Shown: positions 12,434-25,045 of the stretch, in pieces
Position numbering within the stretch: position 1 is the stretch's first letter
How the letters are laid out: each line of letters opens with the position of its first letter
Assembly (NCBI RefSeq): GCF_001194135.2
Contig: NC_069002.1
Location: 2,370,733 to 2,434,732, forward strand
Length of the DNA stretch: 64,000 bases
From: Octopus bimaculoides
Taxonomy: Eukaryota
Reading direction: 5' to 3'
Notes under the pieces: generated by a model
Told to the model about the DNA's origin: nothing
What the model saw: the letters and a program-made list of their open reading frames with translations, nothing else
Database searches by the model: none
Made by a program: the position numbers and the translations under genes

Positions 12434-13270
12434 CGAGAGTAGGCTGAATAGTTCGTAGGCTGACTATGAAGGAGTGATGCTAGAGCTATGAAAAATTTAC
12501 CTCTCCTTCTTCATAACAGCATTATTTCTTTCCAATAAACTCACAACTGATTCTTTAAAGCTGACTATAAAAGTAACAAGTCGTAACTTCTCTTGAAAAT
12601 CGAGGCAGTTTGGCATCAAGTTATCATCAATTACCTGCACAGAAAGGGTTGAACCTCAAAAGGCATTCATGATGAAATGGTTGATATATTAGGGGCTGAC
12701 GCTCCAGCCTTATCATCAGTGAAAAACTGGGCAGCTGAAATTAGGAGTAGGGAAAGCGTTAGAGATGACCGAAGATCTGCACGTCCTGCAACTGCCATCA
12801 CCGAGGAATACATTGGTCGTGTTCACCCCACGGTCAAGGATGACATGCGATTGACTATGAACCAAATAGTGAATTCTATTAGCAATTTTCCGTGAGAATA
12901 TTCTGCTCAATGAACTTGGCATGTCGAAGGCTTCTGATCTCAGGTTGCTACGCCTTCTGACAGCTGACCAAAGCGCAAGGCTGATCACACCAAATGAAAA
13001 TCTGATGTAGTTTGAGACATCCGGCCGGTTCTCTGAAACGATTCCTAACTCTGGATGAATGATGTGTTCATCACTGTGAGCCAGAGTCAAAGTGACAAAC
13101 CATATAAAGGAAACACTCCTTCTCACCTGTTCAAATGTAGGCTAAGGTCTTTTCACCTGCAGGGCAGGTTATGGCCTCAGTTTCCTGGGATGTAAAAGGC
13201 ATTCTGTTTATTGACTATCAAAAAGTTTATTCACTATCAAAAGGGCCATACCATGAATAGATAGTAAAAT
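12434..13270 (+). mobile_element. Mariner-family (Himar1/irritans-like) DNA transposon, 3'-truncated
   Basis: TA at 12432-12433, then the TIR CGAGAGTAGGCTGAATAGTTCGTAGGCTGACTATGAAGG and a disrupted transposase. The element runs out into (TACA)n at about 13276 with no right TIR. Confidence 0.93.
12620..13260 (+). pseudogene. Mariner transposase pseudogene (HTH region through the first catalytic Asp and beyond)
   Basis: VIINYLHRKG*TSKGIHDEMVDILGADAPALSSVKNWAAE..DDRRSARPAT (HTH region), RLLTADQ (remnant of the WVPRLL motif), TLDE*CVHHCEPESK at 13048-13092 (TxDETW-like), and AGQVMASVSWDVKGILFIDYQK at 13159-13224 (Himar1-like). Contains stops, frameshifts and an approximately 19-bp local duplication near 13207-13243. 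Confidence 0.92.
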
Positions 13271-14568
13271 GCCAATACATACATACATACATACATACAT
13301 ACATACATACATACATACAAAAACCCTGTTGTTGATGTGGAAATTCCAATGAAGTAGCGTTGGATCGAAGTTGGAAACCGGATGTTTCTCTATTGGCAAG
13401 AAATCTTGAAATAAAACTGTATAATGACATACATACATACATACATGTATGTATATATACACATGCACACAACAAAATTTACTTCAAATGGTCTGGTTGG
13501 CCTGGAATATGTTACAATTCCCTTGCTCAAATTGACGTGCTGTAGCATTGAACTTAAGATTGCATGGTTAAGAATCAGGTTACGCAGTCATACAACCATT
13601 CATGTATCGATATATAAATCAGAAAACGCTGATAGATATATAGATCGATAAACGGATAGATAGATTGATAGATAGATAAGCAACTTAATATATATACATA
13701 TATACATATATATATACATATATACACATATACATACGTACATAAACAAACACACACACGCACATACACACATACATACATTCATAATATATACATACAT
13801 ACATACATACATACATACATACATACATACTGATATTAAGAGAGATATATGGCAATATTTACGATAGAAAGTTTTGTGTCATTTTATACATAAATCTCTG
13901 TTTCAGAAAATTTCAAATACATATTTTGAATAATTAAATACATACAATGAATAAATAAAGTTATTTGTTCAGCTTTTATTGTTCTTCATTTTTCTTTTAA
14001 TTATTGCAGACATTAAAACAAAGTTTATTATAATATTTAACAACATTCAATGACCGTACACATATAATTCTCCATCGCCTCTTACTTCATGTAAAGTCTA
14101 TTTTAAAACTATACAATTGATGTTTCTTATCAAAAATATAGTTATTATTATTAGATTGTTAGTTTCAGAAAAGTTAACCTGATAAAACATCGCATGTCGC
14201 CACCATTTATGTAATATTGAATATCATAATTCATTTTATTGGTAATCAGCAAAGAGTTATTTATATGCAAAATGTGAAAAGATGAAAATATTAAAAGAGC
14301 ACAGGTCAAGAATAAATGAATATATAAATATGAATACACACGACAAAAGACAAGTAAACATTGATATTGAAATATCAGCAGAAGGAGAGGAGAAATGTAT
14401 ACTGTACAAATGTAGCAATAGAAGAAGCGCACAAAATTAGAAAACCATAAATAACGATGCATACATACATACATATATACAAACAAACCTATGCACACGC
14501 ACATACGCACACACACACATACACACATATATATATATATGCATATCTTTCTTCCTCTCTCTCTCTCT

Positions 14569-14703
<135 letters not shown>

Positions 14704-14707
14704 TGAA

Positions 14708-15022
14708 GGAGTGTGGTTTCATGCTTAGGATATTCGGCTCACGGTTGTAAGATCGTGAGTTCGAGCCCTGGCAGTGCGTTGTGTCCTTCCGAAAGAGACT
14801 TTATTTCACGTTGCTCGAGTCAACAGTTGGCAAGAATAACATGTACTTGTAATTCAAGGGGCCAACCTGTAAAGCGTCACGCTGAATCTTTCTGAGAACT
14901 AAGGTAAAGCATGTCTGTCCGTGTGTCTGCGGAGTGTTCAGTCAATTGCAGGTTAATTTCCAGAACAGGCTGTTCCGTTATTCGGATCAACTGGACTTGC
15001 GTCGTTTACAATGACGGAGTGT
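14708..15022 (+). mobile_element. tRNA-derived SINE, group B (near full length)
   Basis: tRNA-like head with A-box-like TGGTTTCATGCTTAGG and B-box GTTCGAGCC (14759-14767), followed by GCGTTGTGTCCTT...ACTTTATTTCACGTTGCTC. Homologous fragments at 15040, 56302 and 63768. Confidence 0.8.
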
Positions 15023-15039
15023 TAACGATATGTATACAC

Positions 15040-15117
15040 GCTCATGCAATTAGCGTGAAAGTGACTGAGTACTCCACCGACACGTGTACCCTTAATGTAG
15101 TTATTAGAGAACTTCAG
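15040..15117 (-). mobile_element. Inverted internal fragment of a group B SINE
   Basis: The reverse complement aligns to 14882-14967; 28 of 39 positions match in the best block, counted by hand. Confidence 0.75.
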
Positions 15118-15244
15118 TAACAGCAACAATAGCAGCAACAACAACAGCAGCAGCAGCAACAGCAGTAACACCAGCAACAGCGGCAGCAGCAGCAGAAGCA
15201 GCGGATTTGCTGTTGTTTTCATCATCGTCATCTTCACCACCACC

Positions 15245-15278
<34 letters not shown>

Positions 15279-15375
15279 TAATCATCATCAACAGTTACAG
15301 CAGCTGCAACAGACATACCAGTAACAACAACAACGACTACAGCGAATGTATGGTTGTTGTCATCGTCACCATTGT
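15116..15375. repeat. Compound trinucleotide microsatellite (AGC/AAC/ACC/ATC)
   Basis: Seen directly. Confidence 0.95.
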
Positions 15376-16119
15376 TATCTCTCACAACAAGCAGTAAAGT
15401 TCGTCAACATCAATTAAAATCATTTCTTGCAAATGGATTTTTGATTTTCTACTTTCGTATTTAACTTTTTTTGGCGGAAATGGCATTGATGTTGGAGATA
15501 CTCGCTGTGTTGGTTATGTCTGTGTTTTAAAATTTCATAAAGAACATTCCATCCCAAAGTGCCCCTGGCCGTTCCATTTAACAATGTATGCGTGATGGTC
15601 GTCTCTAAAATCTGTCACGGTTTAACTGTTAGAAACAAGAGGAAGAGCGAAAAACACACGTACAAAAACAAACAAAAAAAAACAAACAAAAACAAGAAAA
15701 ACCATAATCTGTAAAGGAATATCATAGCACGTGCATCCTGGTTTCTTTACTTTCTGTCTCAGACTCAGAGAAATTGCTTTCAACATATATAGAAATACGT
15801 CGTACATACGCATAGACTCAATTACTTACCTCAAGAAATATAAATGTTTATACATATGCATACATAAATGTATATATATGTGTATATATATNNNNNNNNN
15901 NNNNNNNNNNNNNNNNNNNNNNNNNNNNNNNNNNNNNNNNNNNNNNNNNNNNNNNNNNNNNNNNNNNNNNNNNNNNNNNNNNNNNNNNNNNNNNNNNNNN
16001 NNNNNNNNNNNNNNNNNNNNNNNNNNNNNNNNNNNNNNNNNNNNNNNNNNNNNNNNNNNNNNNNNNNNNNNNNNNNNNNNNNNNNNNNNNNNNNNNNNNN
16101 NNNNNNNNNNNNNNNNNNN

Positions 16120-16170
<51 letters not shown>

Positions 16171-16944
16171 TGTGTGTGTGTGTGCGTGTTTGCACGTGTG
16201 TGTGACTTGGTTTACATATAAGTTTTTTTTCAAATAGCTCCCACGGTGAGACAAAGGCATAAAGCAGAAAAGTGTTGCTTGATGTTCTGCGAGGCAGTGG
16301 TCTGCAAAGCATAAAACACGAGAATATCACATATACGGATCTCGTTCTGTTCCTTTGTGGTATACACAAACATGAATTAACGCTTACAATGATATGTTCA
16401 GGAATTCTGTACTATCTGAATTTTTTGTGGAACTCAATGCCTAGAATATAAACGAGGAGATTGTATCGGATGTGTTAAATATATAATTAACGTTTCTGTT
16501 TCTCGTATTAAGGTGCAGTTATTATGTCAAAAATTTGATACGCAGCGTGAAACATTACGATGCAAATAACCCCTTTCCAATATTGAAATGACTTCCAGTC
16601 AACACGTCTTCTGAAAGTTTTCTCAACTGCAACATTAATCTTTATGCTTTTCCATCATTGTTGACTGTTCACCAATGCAACGAAGTAATAGAATCGTCAA
16701 ATTTAAGCCGAACAACCTGTGAGTGTCAAATTCAATCTGCAGCCAAAAGGATGAAGTAAGAGACCCTAAGAGTAGAGTATTGATTAGGGTCGTATCACAG
16801 AGGGCACTAAAATATAACAGCGCAGGTTGGTAATAGCACAAATATCTGAAAGAAAACACAGTACCATGAAACAAATGCGCAAGACTTGAAAGATAACAAT
16901 GCAGTGAGTTACATAAAAAGCGTTGTTTTCGAAAACTGCATTAG

Positions 16945-17013
<69 letters not shown>

Positions 17014-18150
17014 NNNNNNNNNNNNNNNNNNNNNNNNNNNNNNNNNNNNNNNNNNNNNNNNNNNNNNNNNNNNNNNNNNNNNNNNNNNNNNNNNNNNNNN
17101 NNNNNNNNNNNNNNNNNNNNNNNNNNNNNNNNNNNNNNNNNNNNNNNNNNNNNNNNNNNNNNNNNNNNNNNNNNNNNNNNNNNNNNNNNNNNNNNNNNNN
17201 NNNNNNNNNNNNNNNNNNNNNNNNNNNNNNNNNNNNNNNNNNNNNNNNNNNNNNNTATATATATACACACACGCTCACGGAGAGCAGTAGACAAGAAGAC
17301 ATCGTAAGCGAGGGTAAGAGAAACATAATAGAACAGAAAGCGAAAGGCCATGAATCAACAGCGGCAAGCGGAGTGAAGGAAACGCTGAATTACATTGAAA
17401 AATATTCTTTACATGAAATTTCTATTAGTTTTTGTCGTTAATTTTAGTCTTTCTATTATCGTTGGTATTCTGGTTTGGTTTTTCTTTCGTCTGTCTTTAA
17501 TGCAATATTCTATTTTATATTTTTTTTTGCTTTCGATGTATTATTATTTTTCTATCAATTTATAAATATATCAATAATTTTGTATTATCCGTATGCATTG
17601 TATCTGCTTGCTTCTCTGTGTGTGTTTGTGTGCATGTGCTGTTTTTAGTGTAAAACATTTTAAAACTATAAATTTTTCATTCATTCATAACAGTATAGAA
17701 ATGTTTTCATGAAAAATTATTTCTTCAGGATATATTCTTGCAAGACATATTTATAATATTTCAACACCATCATAATTTTCTACACAAAAATCAAAACAGA
17801 AAAAAAAAGAAAACAAATCGAAAAATTCAACATCAACTAATGTTATATATTATTACATTGTATAAAATCATTATTAAAAATTTGACGAATGAACAACAGG
17901 TATTTTTTCCGCGTTTGGCCAAATAACGTATCCAATAATTGCACCCAGATTGAAAGAAATATAAAGAGAGTCGATAGACATGGTGGTGTACTGTAGACGA
18001 GGACCGCTCGTTGTTCTGTGAATATGACTTTATTGTCAACATTTCTTAGGGTATCACTATATGATTATGAATAGGATATTCATATTCCTGTCACTTGTCA
18101 TTCATTGCACCTAGCTGCAATACCTATGAATGATGAGGTATCTGTGGTGC

Positions 18151-18195
<45 letters not shown>

Positions 18196-18258
18196 NNNNN
18201 NNNNNNNNNNNNNNNNNNNNNNNNNNNNNNNNNNNNNNNNNNNNNNNNNNNNNNNNNN

Positions 18259-18323
<65 letters not shown>

Positions 18324-18679
18324 GTATGTATGTAAGTATGTATGTATGTACGTATGTATGAGATGTGTATAATTCTACCGAAAAATATAGCGTGTGTGTA
18401 AATCCTTAGAGGCTTATGACGCTGAATGCGTGGATTTTTTGTACTTAATAAGTCACCGCATAAGAAGAGTTAGGAAACAGTAAATATTATGGCATCTTTA
18501 CGTAATTACTACAGAAACACGTGTTATGTTGTTACGTGATAACTTCATACTGAAGCTTCCATATTTTCACTATATGAATATATACAAACATACATAACCC
18601 CACTTATATTTTTACATACATGAATACATACAAACGTACATCTATGAATATATATATACCTACATATACTTTAAATATG

Positions 18680-18777
<98 letters not shown>

Positions 18778-19373
18778 CACACATACATGCACATATATAT
18801 ATATATGTGTATGATAGAGAGTGAGAGAGAAGACGGAGAGGGAGAAAGAGAGCGAAAAAGCCAGTGAGTGAGACAACTAAATGCATTTCAATATTCTCTT
18901 TCCATCATCTTTTAGAGTGAAAACAAATCACCAATAAACATATATATAAATATCAAATACGATCATAATTTTTCACAGTTTTCGAAAATAGCGAATGCCA
19001 GAACAAAAAAAGAAAAAAAATGAAACAGTTAATAAATATATAAGTAAATAAAGTAAAAGAGAGATTCAATTCATGACCAGAAGTGTCAAAATAAATTATT
19101 GATAAGTTGATATAATCTAAAAGTTATTGTTGATAGGAAGTTCATCAATGTCGACCATGAAGACCAAAGATAGCTTCAGTATCGTTTAAATGGTATATAG
19201 CGTAACACAGAATACATCATAAAGGCGAGAGAAATAAATCAGTTTATAGAAGCAATAGGTATTTTATTGGCGAAGTGATTTGAAATAAATCAGGAAAATG
19301 GTACAGATTTGATTCATATGAAATGTGGAAATCATCGTAAAAGTGAAAGCAGCGCTCTACCTGTATGTACATT

Positions 19374-19412
<39 letters not shown>

Positions 19413-19678
19413 NNNNNNNNNNNNNNNNNNNNNNNNNNNNNNNNNNNNNNNNNNNNNNNNNNNNNNNNNNNNNNNNNNNNNNNNNNNNNNNNNNNNNNNN
19501 NNNNNNNNNNNNNNNNNNNNNNNNNNNNNNNNNNNNNNNNNNNNNNNNNNNNNNNNNNNNNNNNNNNNNNNNNNNNNNNNNNNNNNNNNNNNNNNNNNNN
19601 NNNNNNNNNNNNNNNNNNNNNNNNNNNNNNNNNNNNNNNNNNNNNNNNNNNNNNNNNNNNNNNNNNNNNNNNNNNNNN

Positions 19679-19729
<51 letters not shown>

Positions 19730-20399
19730 CGTATATATATGTATGTATATACATATGTACACACACACATATATATGCATATATATATGTATGCATATAT
19801 GCATATATACATACATAAAAACATTTATGTACATATATTATTTTAGATATATGTACTTTATTACGTAGACACATATGCACATATATCGTGTGCGCGCGTC
19901 TCTGGCCGGGCGTGTGTATATGGACATATGTATTACCCAGATACATATATATATAGATCTATATAATATATATTTGCAATCATTTTCTCTCTGTGTGTAC
20001 ATATATGCGAGAGTTTCCGTTTGTGTGTATATGCAAACGTAAATTGTTTGGGAAAACATCGTTTACGATCTATATGATGGAACTTCCATGACAGTTTACC
20101 TGTTAGAAAGATGGTAGTCAAATACCACTTTACTTTCTGTTGCAAATATAGATATTGAAGTCCTAATTTCCTATGTCTAGTGAAAAAGAAATAGTTATTT
20201 GCAAATCCAATGCTTCTATTCATTGCTTTGTAAAACATATTTGATCTAGACCTAAAAACATACTCTATGGAAGTTATCAGAAAAAGGAAATCTTTCCATC
20301 GTAAAATGATTATATTGTTGAATTCTAATCGCAACTACCTGCTGGGAGTGAAAGCAAGGACACAATACATGTTTGTAATATATGATACATATAAAACAC

Positions 20400-20456
20400 G
20401 GCATGCTGGCATAATCCTTAGTACACCGGGTAAAATGTTTGATGGCATTTCGCCCG
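20400..20456 (+). mobile_element. Isolated group A SINE head (tRNA-like 5' part)
   Basis: GGCATGCTGGCATAATCCTTAGTACACCGGGTAAAATGTTTGATGGCATTTCG matches the head of the adjacent copy and the reverse complement of 24620-24682. Confidence 0.65.
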
Positions 20457-20461
20457 TAATA

Positions 20462-20660
20462 GGGCGGTGAGTTGAGAGAATCGTTAGCACGTCTGGCGAA
20501 AGGCTCAGCAGCAGTTCAACCATCTATACATTCTGAGGTCATCGAGTTGTGCTTTGTCTTTCATCTTTTCGGGTTCGGTAAAATAGGTACCAGTCGAAGT
20601 AATCGATTTACTCGCTACCCCGAAATTGTTGACTTTGTGCCAAATTGTGAAAGCATTATT
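20462..20660 (+). mobile_element. tRNA-derived SINE, group A (degenerate, near full length)
   Basis: GGCGGTGAGTTGAGAGAATCGTTAGCACG head, then CTTTCATCTTTTCGGG, GTAATCGAT and a GTGCCAAA tail. Confidence 0.8.
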
Positions 20661-21321
20661 AAATACGCTAGGAATTGCGATAGCTCTATACATATCAGAG
20701 TTTTCCCGATTGTCGTTCCTATACTAGTAATTCTGCCCGATCGTTGTACGTAACACTGTGTATGAGGGGTGTGAGTAATGTTCTATACATGACATGAGCT
20801 TACATATATCACTTACTATATGTTGATAAGTGCATAAAAGTTTTCACTCGCAACGTATCACAGCAAGCAGCATGATGTCAAAGTTTCATCTAATTTTGCT
20901 AATTACTGTTTTATCGGCCCCAGGTACATTTTCACATTTCACGCTAGAAACACATTACACAAGAGATTGCAGTTCAAAAACATCTTAGCTCATATTTTCT
21001 AATTAAAACATTCACTTTTCTACTTAATACGAATTAAAGACCTCTATAGCATCAATTTTCAAGAAAGGTAATATGGCTCGTCTCCATTACGTTGTAGGTG
21101 TTGTATGATGAAGCAAAGCAAAATGGTTCCCATGTACGGAAATTTCGTTAAGATATTTACTGCGAAAAACTCTGTTAATTGTTGAATATTGCCGCTTATC
21201 AATCTTCTCGTCACTTCGGTTATTCTGCACTGCGGCTAATTATCTCTTGAAAATTTCTGAGGTAATTCACCGATGTTGTTGTGCATACATTCACACACGC
21301 ACATACAGAGACACTCACATA

Positions 21322-21380
<59 letters not shown>

Positions 21381-22609
21381 NNNNNNNNNNNNNNNNNNNN
21401 NNNNNNNNNNNNNNNNNNNNNNNNNNNNNNNNNNNNNNNNNNNNNNNNNNNNNNNNNNNNNNNNNNNNNNNNNNNNNNNNNNNNNNNNNNNNNNNNNNNN
21501 NNNNNNNNNNNNNNNNNNNNNNNNNNNNNNNNNNNNNNNNNNNNNNNNNNNNNNNNNNNNNNNNNNNNNNNNNNNNNNNNNNNNNNNNNNNNNNNNNNNN
21601 NNNNNNNNNNNNNNNNNNNNNNNNNNNNNNNNNNNNNNNNNNNNNNNNNNNNNNNNNNNNNNNNNNNNNNNNNNNNNNNNNNNNNNNNNNNNNNNNNNNN
21701 NNNNNNNNNNNNNNNNNNNNNNNNNNNNNNNNNNNNNNNNNNNNNNNNNNNNNNNNNNNNNNNNNNNNNNNNNNNNNNNNNNNNNNNNNNNNNNNNNNNN
21801 NNNNNNNNNNNNNNNNNNNNNNNNNNNNNNNNNNNNNNNNNNNNNNNNNNNNNNNNNNNNNNNNNNNNNNNNNNNNNNNNNNNNNNNNNNNNNNNNNNNN
21901 NNNNNNNNNNNNNNNNNNNNNNNNNNNNNNNNNNNNNNNNNNNNNNNNNNNNNTATACATACTGATATGTATATGTGGGCGTGTGAGTACAGAGAAAGAG
22001 AGAGAAGAAAGGGCTGCAATGTTCTGCGATTTAAGGATATCACGAAAGGCGTGGTTACAGGGCTTAGAAAAAACAAAGGGACAGTTGTAATAAGTGTGCG
22101 CATCTGATAGAGAATATGTCTTTCAGAGTTGCCATCCTTTACACAAACAGTCAAAATAACTGTTGGGGCTCTTTGCTCCACAAGGGCAAAAAAGATTAAG
22201 AGGGAGATAAGAGAACGTATCGGACGATAAATGCGTTCGATAAAATAAGTAGTAAATTTAAAATGCTTAATTACGAGGGTCTATTTGTTTGACTAGGCTT
22301 TTCTAAGACTTGCTCCAGCAAGGCCGTTGTCCAGTTCTTACAAAGAGAACATGAATAAAAAATAACTACATAAAACCTAGAATTATTTAACTTATCACAT
22401 ACAACCGACTATATTACAAACAATTACGCTACATGAATATCACACCTACTCACGGATATAAGCTATCATCTGTTATATCAATATCGCTTGATATTGGTTT
22501 ACTACCGATTCCTCCCCAACTCTCTTCTACATATACTTGTATTTCTCTCACCCTTCCTTCGTTCTCTTTTTCCGTTTACCTGTTTGCCTGTCTGAATGCC
22601 ACCCTCCCC

Positions 22610-22643
<34 letters not shown>

Positions 22644-22814
22644 TCACACACATACTCCCATATACGCGTTCAAAACTCCTTCCATAAATGTATAGCTAAT
22701 ACTAGCCAACAATATTCGTCCCTCTTTTATTCACCAATAAACACACGTCTATAAACAAGAGCAATTCCTTCAACTGATTCTCCACACACCAATTCTTTTT
22801 ATCTCCACATTTTG

Positions 22815-22840
22815 CCAGAGGACATTTGTCCGAAACGTCG
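22815..22840 (+). ncRNA. Degenerate hammerhead-like remnant
   Basis: Stem II GGAC-ATTT-GTCC, then GAAA, palindromic ACGT and C17 (GAAACGTC, as in Penelope-type minimal hammerheads). The 5' core reads CCAGA instead of CTGANGA, and no stem I is evident. Confidence 0.3.
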
Positions 22841-23015
22841 ATATTTCTAAGCATCCTTCACAGTAAAATCCATTGATTTTGTAACGCTGTGTGTTCGTTA
22901 TTTCTTACTTTTCATATTTCCTTTTATCGTAACTTTTATCGTAAATTGTCTTTTGTTTTATACATACATACACACATACATGCATATAAACACACCTACA
23001 TACCTACCTACTTAA

Positions 23016-23050
<35 letters not shown>

Positions 23051-23273
23051 NNNNNNNNNNNNNNNNNNNNNNNNNNNNNNNNNNNNNNNNNNNNNNNNNN
23101 NNNNNNNNNNNNNNNNNNNNNNNNNNNNNNNNNNNNNNNNNNNNNNNNNNNNNNNNNNNNNNNNNNNNNNNNNNNNNNNNNNNNNNNNNNNNNNNNNNNN
23201 NNNNNNNNNNNNNNNNNNNNNNNNNNNNNNNNNNNNNNNNNNNNNNNNNNNNNNNNNNNNNNNNNNNNNNNNN

Positions 23274-23305
<32 letters not shown>

Positions 23306-24439
23306 TATATATATGTAAGTACGTATATCGTTTATGCGTAAATACTGTCAATACACACACACTGCATCAATACAAGATATTGGGTGTAAACAGCATACAC
23401 TGAAAGTATTATATAAATGTGAAATACACAAAATATCGGCGATTTTGTCATAAGATATTCTCTAGAAATAATCCAATATACAGGTTACATGAAATAAAGA
23501 ATTACTGACGTAATCTAAAACAAAGCATGGAGTGGTTAATGGTAATACTAATCGATGATATTGGTTCTCATGTCGAAACACAATCACCGTGGTGGGAGAT
23601 TTTATTACTGTTATTTTTATTAGTGTTTTGTTGGGACATTTTGTTGTTGTTCTCGTTATTATCATTATCCCCATCATCGTCGTCTACAACATGATCCTCA
23701 TCAGTGTAGTCGTCGGCGTCTTCATTATCATCACCACCACTACTACTACTACAGTTATCATCATCATCATCATCAACACTACTGCAAACACTATCACACT
23801 CGGAAAGCTGTAACGACCACAACCACCACCAATCCATAATACACCTCCTCACCTTCATCATCAACACCATTATCAACATCATTATCAACATGTTCCCCCA
23901 CGTTGCCGTCTCCCTCATCGTTATTATTCATTGTCTTCGTTTTTCTGCTGTTGTTATTCTTCTTATTGCTTTTACCGTTCTTTTAGAACGAAGTGATTGT
24001 ATGTGTATTAATTTTTTACACGATACCAAATCACTGAAGCTGGTAAGTGTGACATTCTTATTTTGTCCGTTAACGGATTCATCTTGGTTTTTATAGATGT
24101 AGATTTTCCTCCATTAAAACAAGAATTTTTTCACGTCTTGGCCGATATAGGCATTCATTTCTAAGGTAGATTGACAAATGCTCCATGGATGTACCCAAAC
24201 CTTCTTTATGTAACCGATTACTCCAAATAACTTGAACTTACATAATTATGTCTGCATAGAAAATCTTAAATTATTTTTGTGGTAGTTAATGTACAGTATT
24301 TCACTTCTATAAATAATCAGGGAAAGTGACATACACATTCCGAACTGCTGCATATACACATCGACACCGAGCACGGGGTAATTTGTTTGAATAACTGTTT
24401 TTATCTCTATGAAATTATACTTTATATGTGAATATTATT

Positions 24440-24682
24440 TTTACACTTGGTACAAAGCCTTCAAAAGTTTTTGAGGAAGAGTGTTAGTCGATTACATCGA
24501 TACCAGTGCGTAACTGGCACTTATTTCATCGACCCCAGTGCCTAACTAGTATGTATTTCATGGACCCCGAAAGGATGAAAGCCAAAGTCGCCCACTGCGG
24601 AATTTGAACTCAGAATGTAGTGGCAGACGAAATACCCCTAAGCATTTTGCCCGGCGTTCTAACGATTCTGCCAGCTCGTCGG
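24440..24682 (-). mobile_element. tRNA-derived SINE, group A, with a 32-bp internal duplication
   Basis: GAAAGGATGAAAGCCAAAGTCG, GGAATTTGAACTCAG (reverse of the B-box) and AACGATTCTGCCAGCTCG head end. Duplicated unit at 24496 and 24528. Confidence 0.9.
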
Positions 24683-24693
24683 TTTTTTATGTA

Positions 24694-24774
24694 AATAATC
24701 TTTTCTACTGAAGGCATAAGGCCTGAAATTTTGGGGGAGGTGCCAGTCGATTAGATCTACCCCAGTACGCAACT
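24694..24774 (-). mobile_element. Group A SINE 3' fragment
   Basis: AATAATCTTTTCTACT..GGCATAAGGCCTGAAATTTTGGGGGAGG..AGTCGATTAGATC..CCCAGTACGCAACT matches 42678-42770. Confidence 0.8.
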
Positions 24775-24811
24775 ACATATATCACACACACACAGCTACG
24801 TATATCACTGT

Positions 24812-25045
24812 GTAGGCCAGGCTAGGGTGAGTCTTTGCATGCCCCTTGTCACAGCGTGATCTCTACCGCTGATTCAGCGTTTCCAATGATGACACCCACC
24901 GCTGACTAGCCGAGAAAGCCAAGATTCCCCACTGTGCATGGCACCCGTCTGTTGCACGGATTTCACTCACATTTGTGTACTGTGCGTAGGACCAACCGTG
25001 TAGCCAATGACATCAATCTCTCTGAGGGCGATTTTAACTTTCATC
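24812..25045 (-). mobile_element. Probable non-LTR retrotransposon (L1/Tx1-like) fragment near the start of the APE endonuclease domain
   Basis: GC-rich island. The minus strand reads MHSGESWLSRLVSGG, then I-G/T-L-N (joined by a 1-nt frameshift at 24881), followed by R..RSRCDKGH. This resembles the APE N-terminal [IL]GTxNxRGxRS motif. Recognition is by eye. Confidence 0.4.

Noticed and set aside
14708-14770. SINE heads (also 20462 and 55966) as tRNA genes
   Set aside because: A/B boxes are present, but no intact cloverleaf could be built, and each head continues into a repeated SINE body.
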